NCBI RefSeq assembly: GCF_009914755.1
Contig: NC_060936.1
Origin: the human T2T-CHM13v2.0 reference genome, Homo sapiens
DNA: 64,000 nucleotides
Reading direction: 5' to 3' (one strand)
Below, one piece after another: positions 48,162 through 64,000 of the stretch; the stretch's first letter is position 1, and each line of letters begins with the position of its first letter. A program made the translations under genes and the position numbers. The notes beneath the pieces were generated by a model, which saw only the letters and a program-made list of their open reading frames with translations, ran no database searches and had not been told where the DNA came from.

Positions 48162-48974
48162 TGATAGGGAAGGTTGGAAGGGAAGTGCTGGGAAAGGAAG
48201 GGCATGGTCCCTGGTGAAGGCTCCATCCCCGGCCTGTGCCCATGGACCTAGGTGAGGACAGGCACTTCTGCCTTCATGCCCAAATGTTGCATTTGCCAAG
48301 ACAACCCTGGCCTGCCACGCCTCTATCCTGTGCCTATAAAAACCCCGAAGACCCTAGCAGGCAGACCTACAGGTGGCTGGACATGGAGAGGAACACATCG
48401 GTTGAAAAAGACACAAGAGGCTAGATGTCGAGAGGACGTCAAAGAGAGCACGCCAGCGGAAGAGCACAGCGATAGACGTTGGCACGCCGCACGGCCATCC
48501 ACTGGCAGAACGAGGCAGAGTTTGGCTGGGGCAGTCGGAGGAGAGCCCAGGCCGCTAAGCAGCCCCACTCCAGGGGAAAGCCATCTCCCTTCTGGCTCCC
48601 CCATCTGCTGAGAGCTACTTCCATTCAATAAAACCTTGCACTCATTCTCCAGGCCCACGTGTGATCCGGTTCTTCCCGTACACCAAGGCAAGAACCCCGG
48701 GATTCAGAAAGCCCTCTGTCCTTGCGATAAGGCAGGGGTCTAACTGAGCTAGCAAGCTGCCTATGGATGACTAAACTAAAAGAGCACCCTGTAACACATG
48801 CCCACTGGGGCTTCAGCTGTAAACATTTACCCCTAGACACTGCCTTGGGGTCAGAACCCCACAGCCTGCCTGTCTGTATACTCCCCTAGAGGTTTGAGCA
48901 GCGGGGCACTCAAGAAGCGATCCACACCCCCATCGCACGCCCTGCAAGGGGGACAAGGGAACTTTTCCATTTCA
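48162..48974 (+). mobile_element. LTR1-like ERV1 solo LTR inserted inside an antisense Alu
   Basis: TGATAGGG...TTTCA termini and perfect TSD CTGG; TATAAAA 48335-48341, AATAAA 48627-48632. The Alu resumes at 48975. Confidence 0.85.
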
Positions 48975-49135
48975 CTGGGATTACAGGTGTGAGCCACTGC
49001 GTGGGCTTTTAACATCTTTAATGTACTGGTTTTTTTTTTTTGTTTTTTTTTTTTTTAAACAAAGCCTCTCTTGGCCGGGTGCAGTGGCTCACGGCTGTAA
49101 TCCCAGCATTTTGGGAGGCTGAGGCAGGTGGATCA

Positions 49136-49415
<280 letters not shown>

Positions 49416-50248
49416 TCAGAATTACTCAGCATACCTTCCAACTCCCCATTGTATTTGATCACACTTCCCTTTCTGCCTCATCTTCTGCCTCCGGATCTAT
49501 GGCAGCCTGTGGCTCACCACACTAGACAGCTTGTTTATTTAGACTTGCTGTATGTGTTTATGGCTTTGTACCTTACTCAGGCTTTTCTCTCAGTCAGGCA
49601 TATCCTTCTAAATGCTCTTCATCTTTTTTTTTCTTTTTCTTCATTTGCTCATTCCAACAAAGATGTATTGAGCTGTACTCTGTGCCAGGTGCCAGGTTTG
49701 GGTGCTAGGTTACCATGGGAAGAAGGTAAATGCTTGTTGCAAGGGTCTTTCTGTGAGTGAGAGGCATTTACGGTCTGGGGCTAAAACATCATCTCCTCTA
49801 GAATTCTCTGTTCTCTTTCCAGTTCCGAGATTCATCTTAGAACTCCCACAGTCTTCCTTCCCCCTTGCCCTCCCCTCCCCTCCCCTCCCTGCCCCTCCCC
49901 TCCCCTCTTTTTTTTGAGAAAAGATCTTGCTCTGTAGCTCAGACTGGAATACAGTGGGGTGATTATAGCTCACTGCAGCCTCAAACTCCTGGCTCAAGTG
50001 ATCTTTCTGCCTCAGCCTCTTGAGTAGCTGGGATTTCAGGTGCATGTGACCATGCCAGGCTAATTAAAAAAATTTTTTTTAAAAATCAGAGACAGGGTCT
50101 CACTGTGTTGCCCAGGCTGGTCTCAAACTCCTGGCCTCAAGCAATCCACCCACCTCGGCCTCCCAAAGTATTGAGATCACAGGCGTGAGTGACCACACCT
50201 GGCGGTCCCACATGTCTTAAAACCTTTCTCACAGCACATTCCACAGCA

Positions 50249-50313
50249 TCCTTTTCTTTTCTTTTTTCTTTTCTTTTCTTTTCCTTTCCTTTCCTTTCTT
50301 TTCTCTTTTCTTT

Positions 50314-50357
<44 letters not shown>

Positions 50358-50401
50358 TTCTCTCTTTCTTTCTTTTTCTTTTCCTTTTTTTTTTTTTCTT
50401 T
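50249..50401. repeat. Polypyrimidine (CTTT/CTTTT)n tract from an Alu tail
   Basis: About 150 nt of C/T only. Confidence 0.95.
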
Positions 50402-51096
50402 GAGATGGAGTCTCACTTTGTCACCCAGCCTGGGGTGCAGTGGCGCGATCTCGGCTCACTGCAACCTCGCCTCCTGGGATCAAGTGATTCTCCTGCCTCA
50501 GCCTCCTAAGTAGCAGGGATTACAGGCACATGCCACCATGTCCAGCTAATCCATAGCATGCCTTTTAATTATGATTATTTGAGTTTGTGTTATCTGCTTC
50601 CTGTAGGGAATGTATGGGTTCATCTATGCCTTGTATGGACACTAACAAAATGGTTGCATTTATCTGAATAAATGGATGAAGAAGTTTTAAAAAGTCTACA
50701 TATTAGGTAGATCATATATATTGTATCTATTTGGGATAGTCCAAATGATTAACAACTAAATTGAGAATTGAAAGAGCACTAACCTTGCATATTCTTTAAC
50801 AGTCAGTAGCTTTAGATAAAAAAGACTTTCGAATGGGCAAAAAGCTTCCCTGCAGCCTGCGAAGATGTTAATTATAAGAAATAGCAATTTACATTATTTA
50901 TAAGGAAGCTATTTACAGTACTTAGGCTTGTCAGACACAATAGTTGCACAGCTCCATTCTTTCATTACAGTGAGAAGAATAAAGCAAAGTGACAAGGAAA
51001 GAGAAAGATATTATAATGGCTGCATCTAATTACAAGGAAGATAACACCTCTAAAATGTTAAAAATGCCTCAAATTCAATTTATTTATTTTATTTTT

Positions 51097-51132
<36 letters not shown>

Positions 51133-52820
51133 TTTTGAAATGGGGTCTAGCTCTGTCGCTAAGGCTGGAGTGAAGTGGCATGATCTCGGCTCACTGCAAC
51201 CTCCACCTCCCGGGTTCAGGCGATTCTCCTGCTTCAGTCTCCTGAGTAGCTGGGATTACAGGTGTCCGACACCACGCCCAGCTAATATTTGTGTTTTCAG
51301 TAGAGACGGGATTTCAACATGTTGGCTAGGCTGGTCTCGAACTCCTGACGTCAAGTGATTCGCCCACCTGAGCCTCCTGAAGTGCTGGGATTACAGGCGT
51401 GAGCCACGACACCCAGCCAATTTAATTTAAACTAAATAAAATGTAAACTTCCATCTTATCATAATGATGATTCAGAATATAACACCCATTTAAATATTCA
51501 GACAAGCTTCCAAAAACTACTGCAAGTTAAGCATTGTTAGCTTTAGTGTGTGCAAGGGGGAAAGTGACTAAGATGCAATGTTTCATAATTCAGGTATTTG
51601 AATTTGCTTAGTCACATTTTCTTTTACCAGTGACTTTGAAATACAAGTGTCTGCCCTATGATAAAGTTTGTTTGTGACAGTAGCCAGATTAGAAGGAAAA
51701 ACACCACTTTGTCTTTTATTTTTTTCTTTCCTTTTCTGTGACCACTTTAATTAATTTTATCCTGCTGTTTCACTTTCATCAATATAATAGATAGCACTCA
51801 GTGGCAAATTACACCAGTTTTTGATCTGCAATGGACAAGTCTGCCATGTTAGAGCAAGAAAAAGATGAGAAGAAAGAGAATTTACCAAGCCGACTTTTAA
51901 AAATGTCTATTAATATTTTTGTAAATGCCCAGTGATTATTTCTCTAGGACTACATTCTTTAAAGCCTTACAATTTTTGTTGTTCACTTAGAGAACAAGAT
52001 AAAATCTTTGTTGATCAAAGGATGATATCTACATCCTGATTAGAGAATTGGACTCCTACAGTGAGGTGTCATTGCGTCTCACTGCTTGCCAGGAAGTTTC
52101 TCTGGCTATAATTAACTGCGCCGATGAGCAAAATTATTTTCCTTCAAAGAATATTAGGGTACAGTAGACATGACATATTAGGCCAGCCTCACAAATTAGC
52201 ACAGGCCCACAGAGCCTGCATAAAATTAGGTCAGACTTGAAAGATATCAGGCTGTGGTCCAATAAGCTTCTTAGTCTGAAATGGAAAATTGGGTTCACAG
52301 GGTGTTAGGGTCACTGTCTTTATTTAAGTGTGATAGAACTGGTAACAATTTTCAGGGTTAAAGACTGATTTTTCTAAGCCACCAAATATTTCTGGTTCTT
52401 CTCTTAGATAATTTATTGTGTTGCATAATTTATAGAAAAGAAGGTTCTCCATTTTCTCAATACTCATACTTTAATAAATTTAACTCTGACTTTTGCCTAT
52501 AATACACAGGCTAAGAATAAACTCCCCAAGTATTTCCCTGGAGGTCTGTAGTTTCCCCATCAGAAGTAAAGTCTCCTAAAAGCCCTGTTTAAAATGCAAA
52601 GTATTTTGAGAGTTAACACTTCAGGCCACTAGTATGTATTAATGTCCTATGGTTAAGGTTGAGCAAAATGCACATTAATTTAGAATACAGAGATAATTAA
52701 AGTAAGGCTGGAATGTGCATAAATAGATGTAATCATAATTATTAGAGGCATAGACATCATGTCCACAGTTACAGACCTCAAGGTACAAATAGAGGAAAGA
52801 GAATGGATCAGCTGCATATT

Positions 52821-53127
52821 CAGTACTCCCTGGCTATCTGTGGGGGACTAGTTCCATGACACCCGCAGATACCAAAATCTGTGGATGCTCAAGCCTCTGA
52901 TATGAAATGCTGTAGTATTTGCATATAATTTGTGCACATCCTTCAGGATGTTTTAAATCATCTCTAGATAACTAGTAATACCTAATACAGTATAAATGCC
53001 ATGTAAATAGTTGTATTTTGTGTTATTTTTATTGTTGTATTGTTATTTCTAATTTTGTTCTGAATATTTACAATCTGGAGTTGCTTGAATCCACAGATGA
53101 AGAACCCGAGATTTGGAGGGCCAACTG
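52821..53127. mobile_element. MER2 (Tigger-family) DNA transposon relic
   Basis: cagt..ccct..tatctgtggggga...gagggccaactg followed by TA; internal gataccaaaatctgtggatgctcaag. Confidence 0.75.
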
Positions 53128-53199
53128 TATTTGATTCTTAAACTGCTTGTCAGATATTTCTCTAATTTCAATTTGATTAATAAGCTTTGTTTTGGGGAG

Positions 53200-53475
53200 T
53201 GATCAATACAGCCTATTCATTTTGAGCACAGGCTTTGGAGTCACAAGGTCCCTTTGGAGGACCTGGTCGCTGACACTACGGTTGTACGCTGACTTTTGTC
53301 AAATGACTTAACCTCCTTGAGCTTTGGTTTCCTAAACTGTGAGATGGATATACTAATAGTATCCTAAGTTGTAAAGTAGTTATGATGATTAAATGAGATA
53401 AATGAAAGTACATGTTTCAAATGCTTAATGCCTGACACACGTTAATGGTCATGGTCGTCATCATTATCGTTATTA
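53200..53475 (+). mobile_element. MIR
   Basis: agcacaggctttggagtca...gacttaacctccttgagctttggtttcc...gattaaatgagataa. Confidence 0.7.
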
Positions 53476-53703
53476 AGTGGCCAACATGGATAAAGAGTAT
53501 AGTCTGGATTTGTGACCTTAAATTTTTGGCTCTAATATTCGCCAGCGCTCTGCTCAGAACATTCTCTGTTCGCATTTCATACAGCGGTGCCAGCGCACAA
53601 CCAGGCAACGCCCTCAGGAGCATCATTCTTTTCTGGACCTGGTTCTTTCTCGCTCTGCCCTCCAGGGGCCGCTGTGTTTCTCGGAATGCGCGCGGGATGC
53701 CCG

Positions 53704-53730
53704 GTTGCCACGAGACCGTCGCCAGGCAAC
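53704..53730. promoter_or_regulatory. Two adjacent RFX X-box motifs
   Basis: GTCGCC-A-GGCAAC (53718-53730) fits GTNRCC(N0-3)RGYAAC exactly. GTTGCC-A-CGAGAC (53704-53716) has one perfect half-site. Confidence 0.8.
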
Positions 53731-53770
53731 CGCGTGTACACATACTCCAGGCGGGCCGGGGCGCGTCAAT

Positions 53771-54087
53771 ATGGCGGCGCAGGGCTCCCCCTCGAGCTCT
53801 CCGTCAGACGACTCTACCACCTCGGGGTCTCTGCCAGAACTGCCGCCGACCTCCACCGCGACTTCGAGGTCGCCCCCAGAGTCGAAGGGGAGCTCCCGGA
53901 GCTCGCTGCTTCAGTGGACCTGCCCCGAGGACTCATTGCCCCTAGCCGTGTTTTATGGGCCGCTGGACGCGAAAAACCCGCTCCTGGCCTCTTGTGAGAA
54001 GGAGATCCAGGAGTTGTTAGGCTTTATGAGGAAAAAGAAGGCTTTAGCCACCACGGAGGAAGAGAAGCACGAATTCCGCCGGCGTTG
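53771..54087 (+). CDS. CFAP54: CFAP54 (cilia- and flagella-associated protein 54) first coding exon, 317 nt, phase-2 donor
   Basis: ATG at 53771 (caatATGG) in a CpG island. It translates as MAAQGSPSSSPSDDSTTSGSLPELPP...EEEKHEFRRR, which matches my recollection of the CFAP54 N-terminus. Strong donor TG|GTAAGC after 54087. Confidence 0.9.
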
Positions 54088-54603
54088 GTAAGCGCTGGCG
54101 GGGCACTGGGGAGGGCGCCGGCCAGAGGAGGGACCCCTGGAAAGGGCTGGAGGATGCAGGTGGTGGCCCCAGAGATGGTTCAGCGTTGCGGACGCAGGGG
54201 CTGGCTGAAGGGCCCAGGAGAGACAAAGTTTAAGAAGTGGAGACTCGTCGCTCTTAACAATCCTTAATTCCTGGGAGCTGTTATATCTTGGCTTCCTGCT
54301 CAGGTCAAAATAAAAATCTACACAGAAATGTTTCATAACTCACCATTTGTTATTTGACCAGAAAAGAAAGATGGTAACATAAGCAGGAAAGAACCTTAAA
54401 AAGAGTTCGCAGTTTGCAGTAATAACATGGTGATAGAACTCCCAAAAAGGCAAACAGTTGCGCAGAATGAATAGCAAAATTAAGAAAAAGTCACTGTAAT
54501 CCTAATAGCAATATAAGAAGGAATTAAAGTGCACATGTTCACAGGATGACATACTTCATTGTATCAAGAGCTAGCTTCATGAACCTGAGCTACCTCGAAG
54601 TTA

Positions 54604-54890
<287 letters not shown>

Positions 54891-54899
54891 TTATGCATA

Positions 54900-59118
<4,219 letters not shown>

Positions 59119-59380
59119 TGATCCGACCGCTTTGGCCTCCCAAAGTATTGGGATTACAGGCGTGAGCCACTGCGCCTAGACGACAGATGGTTATTTTTTG
59201 TATCAAAATTTGTTTTTCCTTATAACTATGGAAACTTCCATAAGCATACAATTCATAGTATTTAAAATATAAATTATTGTCATACTAGAAATATCTTTAA
59301 ATAAGAGTATGATACGTTTTTAAAAATGTGCTTTTGCTATAAGCACATAAGATTGAGGTATTCTGCTTATATAGTTATGA

Positions 59381-59482
59381 TTTTCTTTTCTTTTCTCCTT
59401 CCTTCCTTCCTTCCTTCCTTCCTTCCTTCCTTCCTTCCTTCCTTCCTTCTTTCCTTCCTTCCTTCCTTCCTTTTTCTTTTTT
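59381..59482. repeat. (CCTT)n polypyrimidine tract from an Alu tail
   Basis: About 100 nt of C/T only. Confidence 0.95.
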
Positions 59483-59638
59483 GAGACAGTGTCTTGTTCT
59501 GTCGCCCAGGCTGGAGTGCAGTAGCCGGATCTTGGCTCACTGCTACGTCTGCCTCCCGGGTGCAGTCAATCAGACAATTCACGTGCCTCAGCCTCGTTGG
59601 TAGCTGGACTATAGGTGCATGTCACCACGCCCGGCTAA

Positions 59639-59836
<198 letters not shown>

Positions 59837-60485
59837 TAACATTTTCTTCTCAAATGATGTACATTCTATAGTATATATTATATATTTTTGGTTTAATCAT
59901 TATGTAAGCTATTCCCAATGAGCAGCCTTAACCTGAACTTAGGGTTCAACAAAAAAAGAGATTTTTTCTTTCTTATTATATAATCTTGATTGATTTAACA
60001 AAGCTGGTATTTTTCTTTTATGAGTAACAAACCTAGTCATCATTATCTCATCTGTAAGGTTTAGAAGAATTAATTATTTCATCTACATAATTTAAGACTT
60101 CTAGTAAGACTTGGTGAATTTCTTGGATTCATTATATTTATTCAAATACCGTGGCATTTCGTGAAGCAGCAAATGAAAGTGAAAGAGGTAATAAAGCAAA
60201 CAAAACACCTCTCCCCTTTTAAATGTCTGTGGTTTATATTTGCTATATTTATTTGTCATTGTTATTTATTACTTGGTATATGCATATATTTTTCTACCTA
60301 AATATATTATTAATCAGTTCGTGAAGGAGGAATGCATTGTCTCCTTCACTCAATCAGTGACTCAATCAATATTATTTAATTACCCAAATGAATTAATTGA
60401 CAGGTTTCTGTTTAGATGTTCCATTATTACTCCAACACATACATCATAAGTATTAGAGCCATCTTCAGTTCTTAAGTTTAGGTCC

Positions 60486-60887
60486 TGTATTAGCCAGCTC
60501 AGGCTGCCATAACAAAATACTACAGACCAGGTGGCTTAAACAACAGAAATTTATTTATTTTTCACAGTCTGAAGGCTGGAAGTCCCAGATCAAGGTCCAG
60601 CAGGGTTGGTTTCTCATGAGGACTCCTCTCCTGGTTTGTAGAAGGCTGCTTTGTCCTCAAGCATGGAGACTGTAAACAATTTATGACCATATCACAAAAG
60701 AGCAACCTCTCTGGAGTCTCTTCTTGTAGGGACATTAATTCCATCAGGCCAGAGTACTAATCTTATAATTTCATTTAACCTTAATTGCTTCCTTAGAGGC
60801 TCTGTTTCCAAATACAACCACACTGGAGGTTAGGATTTCAACATATGAATTGGGGGGCAGTGGGGGAGGGGTCACAAATATTCAGTC
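60486..60887 (-). mobile_element. MLT1A/B-like MaLR LTR
   Basis: tgtattag..ggctgccataacaaaatac..ggcttaaacaacagaaatttatt...atttcaacatatgaatt. Confidence 0.75.
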
Positions 60888-61651
60888 TTATCTAGAAATT
60901 TATGAGATAGGATTGGACACTTGTTAAGGGATATTCAGATTTTTCCTAGAGACATATATAATTTCTGGGGGAGAGGAAAGAAATAAATGTTAACTAAATG
61001 AATGAATAAAATAGGCAATGATCTGCTACTGTTTGAAACTCTGGTTAGAAACCATTTTGAAAATGCTGTTTGTTTTGTTTTTATTTTACTTGGTGGAGGG
61101 AAGTATAGCTCTAAGTGGATTGACTGGCCATTTGAGCCCTGAGCCCTTCATAAGAAAAAATAAAACAAGAACAAATAATGTTTTCTTCCCAATCCTTTAT
61201 TCATTCATTCATCTTTCAGCAGATATTTATTGAGTACCTACATGTACTAGGTATTCACTACTGTTGGGGCTGGGCAATGAATAATATTGTTGAGGTCCTT
61301 GACCTCAGGGGAGTTTACTTTCCAGAGGACTGGCAAGCTCATTCATGTAGTCGTTAAGAGCATAGATGCACTGAGCCTCAGCTTAATCAACTGTATCTTT
61401 GGGATATTGATATTACCTTTCTTGGAGTTGTGAAAATGAAGTGAAAAAAGGTACATATATAGGCAAGAGACCCAAAATAGCTAACACAGCATTGAAGGAG
61501 AAGAAGAAAGTTGGAGGACTGACACGACTCAATTTCAAGACTTACTATAAAGCTACAGTATTCAAGATAGTGTGACATTGGTGAAAGAATAGACAAATCT
61601 ATGGAACAATATACACAGCTCAGAAATAGACTCACATAAATATAGCCAACT

Positions 61652-62207
61652 TGTTAGGGAAACAGGAGCATAGGAGAGCCAGAGTAATGGCATTTTAAAA
61701 TCAACTCCATTTTAAAATTAGCAAGGCACATTCCTTGCCAGGCGTGACCCATGGTCATCAATTTTTTACAGTTGAAGAAACAACCTAAAGATACCTGCAA
61801 AGACAAGCACCTACAACAGCAGAAAGTCCAGATGTCCCAGTACCCATAACAATATACGCCTTCAAGATAATTATAGCTATGCCTTGATGTACTGCACATG
61901 AAAACGTTGAGGATAGTTTCCTTTAAATCAACAGAGTAATAAATTTCGTTACACTGTTGGCCTACCTGCATGTAGACCTAACTTAGCTTGGCTTTTTACG
62001 TAGATAAGACCCCTATATAAGAAGAGTTTAAAACAAAGATAGTGTGTTCATCTTCCTGCTTTCTGAGGTTGCCCAACTCTGTAACTGAGTAGCTTTCAGT
62101 GAATGATCTCTTCCCACTGCACTCTGTGACTTGTCTTGAATTCCTTCCTGTGCGAGATCCAAGAGCCCTCTCTTGTGGTCTAGATCAAAACCCCTTTTCT
62201 GGCAACA
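61652..62207 (+). mobile_element. MER41-family ERV1 solo LTR in CFAP54 intron 1
   Basis: tgttagggaaacagg...ctggcaaca; perfect TSD AACT at 61648-61651 and 62208-62211. Confidence 0.87.
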
Positions 62208-62448
62208 AACTGATCTTTGGCAAGTGAGCAAAGTCAATTCAGTGGAGAACAGTGTCTTCAATAAATGATCCTGGAACAACTGGATATCCACATGCCAAAA
62301 AATGAATCTAGGGGGTCTGGATCAAAACCCCTTTTCTGGCAACAAACTGATCTTCGGCAAGTGAGCAAAGTCAATTCAGTGGAGAACAGTGTCTTCAATA
62401 AATGGTCCTGGAACAACTGGATATCCACATGCCAAAAAATGAATCTAG
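62175..62448. repeat. 137-bp tandem duplication
   Basis: 62175-62311 vs 62312-62448, 4 differences counted by eye. Confidence 0.95.
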
Positions 62449-62593
62449 ACACAGACTGTACGCCCTTCACAAAAATTAACTCAAAATGGATCACCTACCT
62501 AAATGTAAAATGCAGTATTATGAAACTCCTGGCCGGGCACCGTGGCTCACGCCTGTAATCCCAGCACCTGGGGAGGCCTAGGCAGGTGGATCA

Positions 62594-63106
<513 letters not shown>

Positions 63107-63253
63107 TTACTTTTTTAAATATTTTTATTTATTTATTTATTTACTAATTTTTTTGAGATGGAGTCTTGCTCTTTTGCCCAGGCTGGAGTGCAGTGGCCTG
63201 ATCTCAGCTCACTGCAATCTCCACCTCATGAGTTCAAATGATTCTCCTCCTGA

Positions 63254-63442
<189 letters not shown>

Positions 63443-64000
63443 TGATCTTAAAAATGGGCCAAAGACCTTAACAGACACCTCACCAAAGAAGACATACAGA
63501 TGGCAAATAAACATATGAAAATATGCTCCACATCATATGTAATCAGGGGAATGCAAATTAAAGCAACAATAAGATACCCTACATGCCTTTTAGGAAGGCT
63601 AAAATCTAGAACACCGACAACACCAAATGCCGGTAAGGATGTGGAGCAATGAAGTCTCTCATTGATTGCTGGTGGGAATGCAAAATAGTACAGCCACTTT
63701 GGAAGACAGGTGGTTTTTTACAAAATTAAACATATTCTTACCATAACATTCACCCCTTGTGCTCCTTGGTATTTACCCAAAGGAATTGAAAACTTATGTC
63801 CATATAAAAACCTGCACATCGGGCTGGGAGCGGTGGCTCATGCCTGTAATACTAGCACTTTGGGTGGCCTAGGCGGGTGGATTACCTGAGGTCAGGAGTT
63901 TGAGACCAGCCTGGCCCACATGGTGAAACCCTGTCTCTACTAAAAATACAACAATCAGCCAGGCATGGTGGTGCACGCCTGTAATCCCAGCTACTCGGGA

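Larger units (their letters stand above)
53540..54200. promoter_or_regulatory. CpG island / CFAP54 promoter and exon 1
   Basis: Abrupt GC- and CpG-rich stretch in an otherwise CpG-depleted window, spanning the ATG. Edges approximate. Confidence 0.85.

Noticed and set aside
48236-48840. Overlapping ORFs in the LTR1-like element
   Set aside because: GC-rich LTR sequence with no gag, pol or env similarity.
53445-53997. 166-aa and 136-aa ORFs overlapping CFAP54 exon 1, and upstream ATGs at 53686 and 53697
   Set aside because: Stop-poor GC-rich frames. They begin in the MIR or promoter upstream of the X-boxes, so probably upstream of the TSS.
54449-54460. Forkhead-like and MYB-like motifs (GCAAACAGTTG) in intron 1
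   Set aside because: Too short to distinguish from chance without ChIP or conservation data.

Overview
Primate (almost certainly human) repeat-dense genomic DNA. The only gene feature I can support is the CpG-island promoter and first coding exon of CFAP54 (+ strand, ATG 53771, donor after 54087), recognised from the N-terminal peptide. From memory this is 12q23.1, near CDK17. About 53.5 kb of upstream intergenic sequence and about 10 kb of intron 1 fill the rest; I did not recognise exon 2. The window holds roughly 65-70 Alu copies or fragments (counted by eye), several L1s, solo LTRs (two MER41-family, one LTR1-like, THE1/MST/MLT1), DNA-transposon relics and microsatellites. Almost all listed ORFs are Alu, L1 or LTR artefacts. 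I found no evidence of a previously undescribed biological system. The best second-look items are tandem RFX X-boxes at the CFAP54 promoter, a ~630-bp Alu-mediated tandem duplication with a chimeric Alu, a twin-primed L1, a near-perfect 66-74 nt hairpin at an L1 break, an ERV LTR inserted inside an Alu, and an intronic sense LTR with a TATA box, a mutated poly(A) signal and a duplicated 3' end. Repeat subfamily names come from recalled consensus sequences, and most repeat boundaries are approximate.
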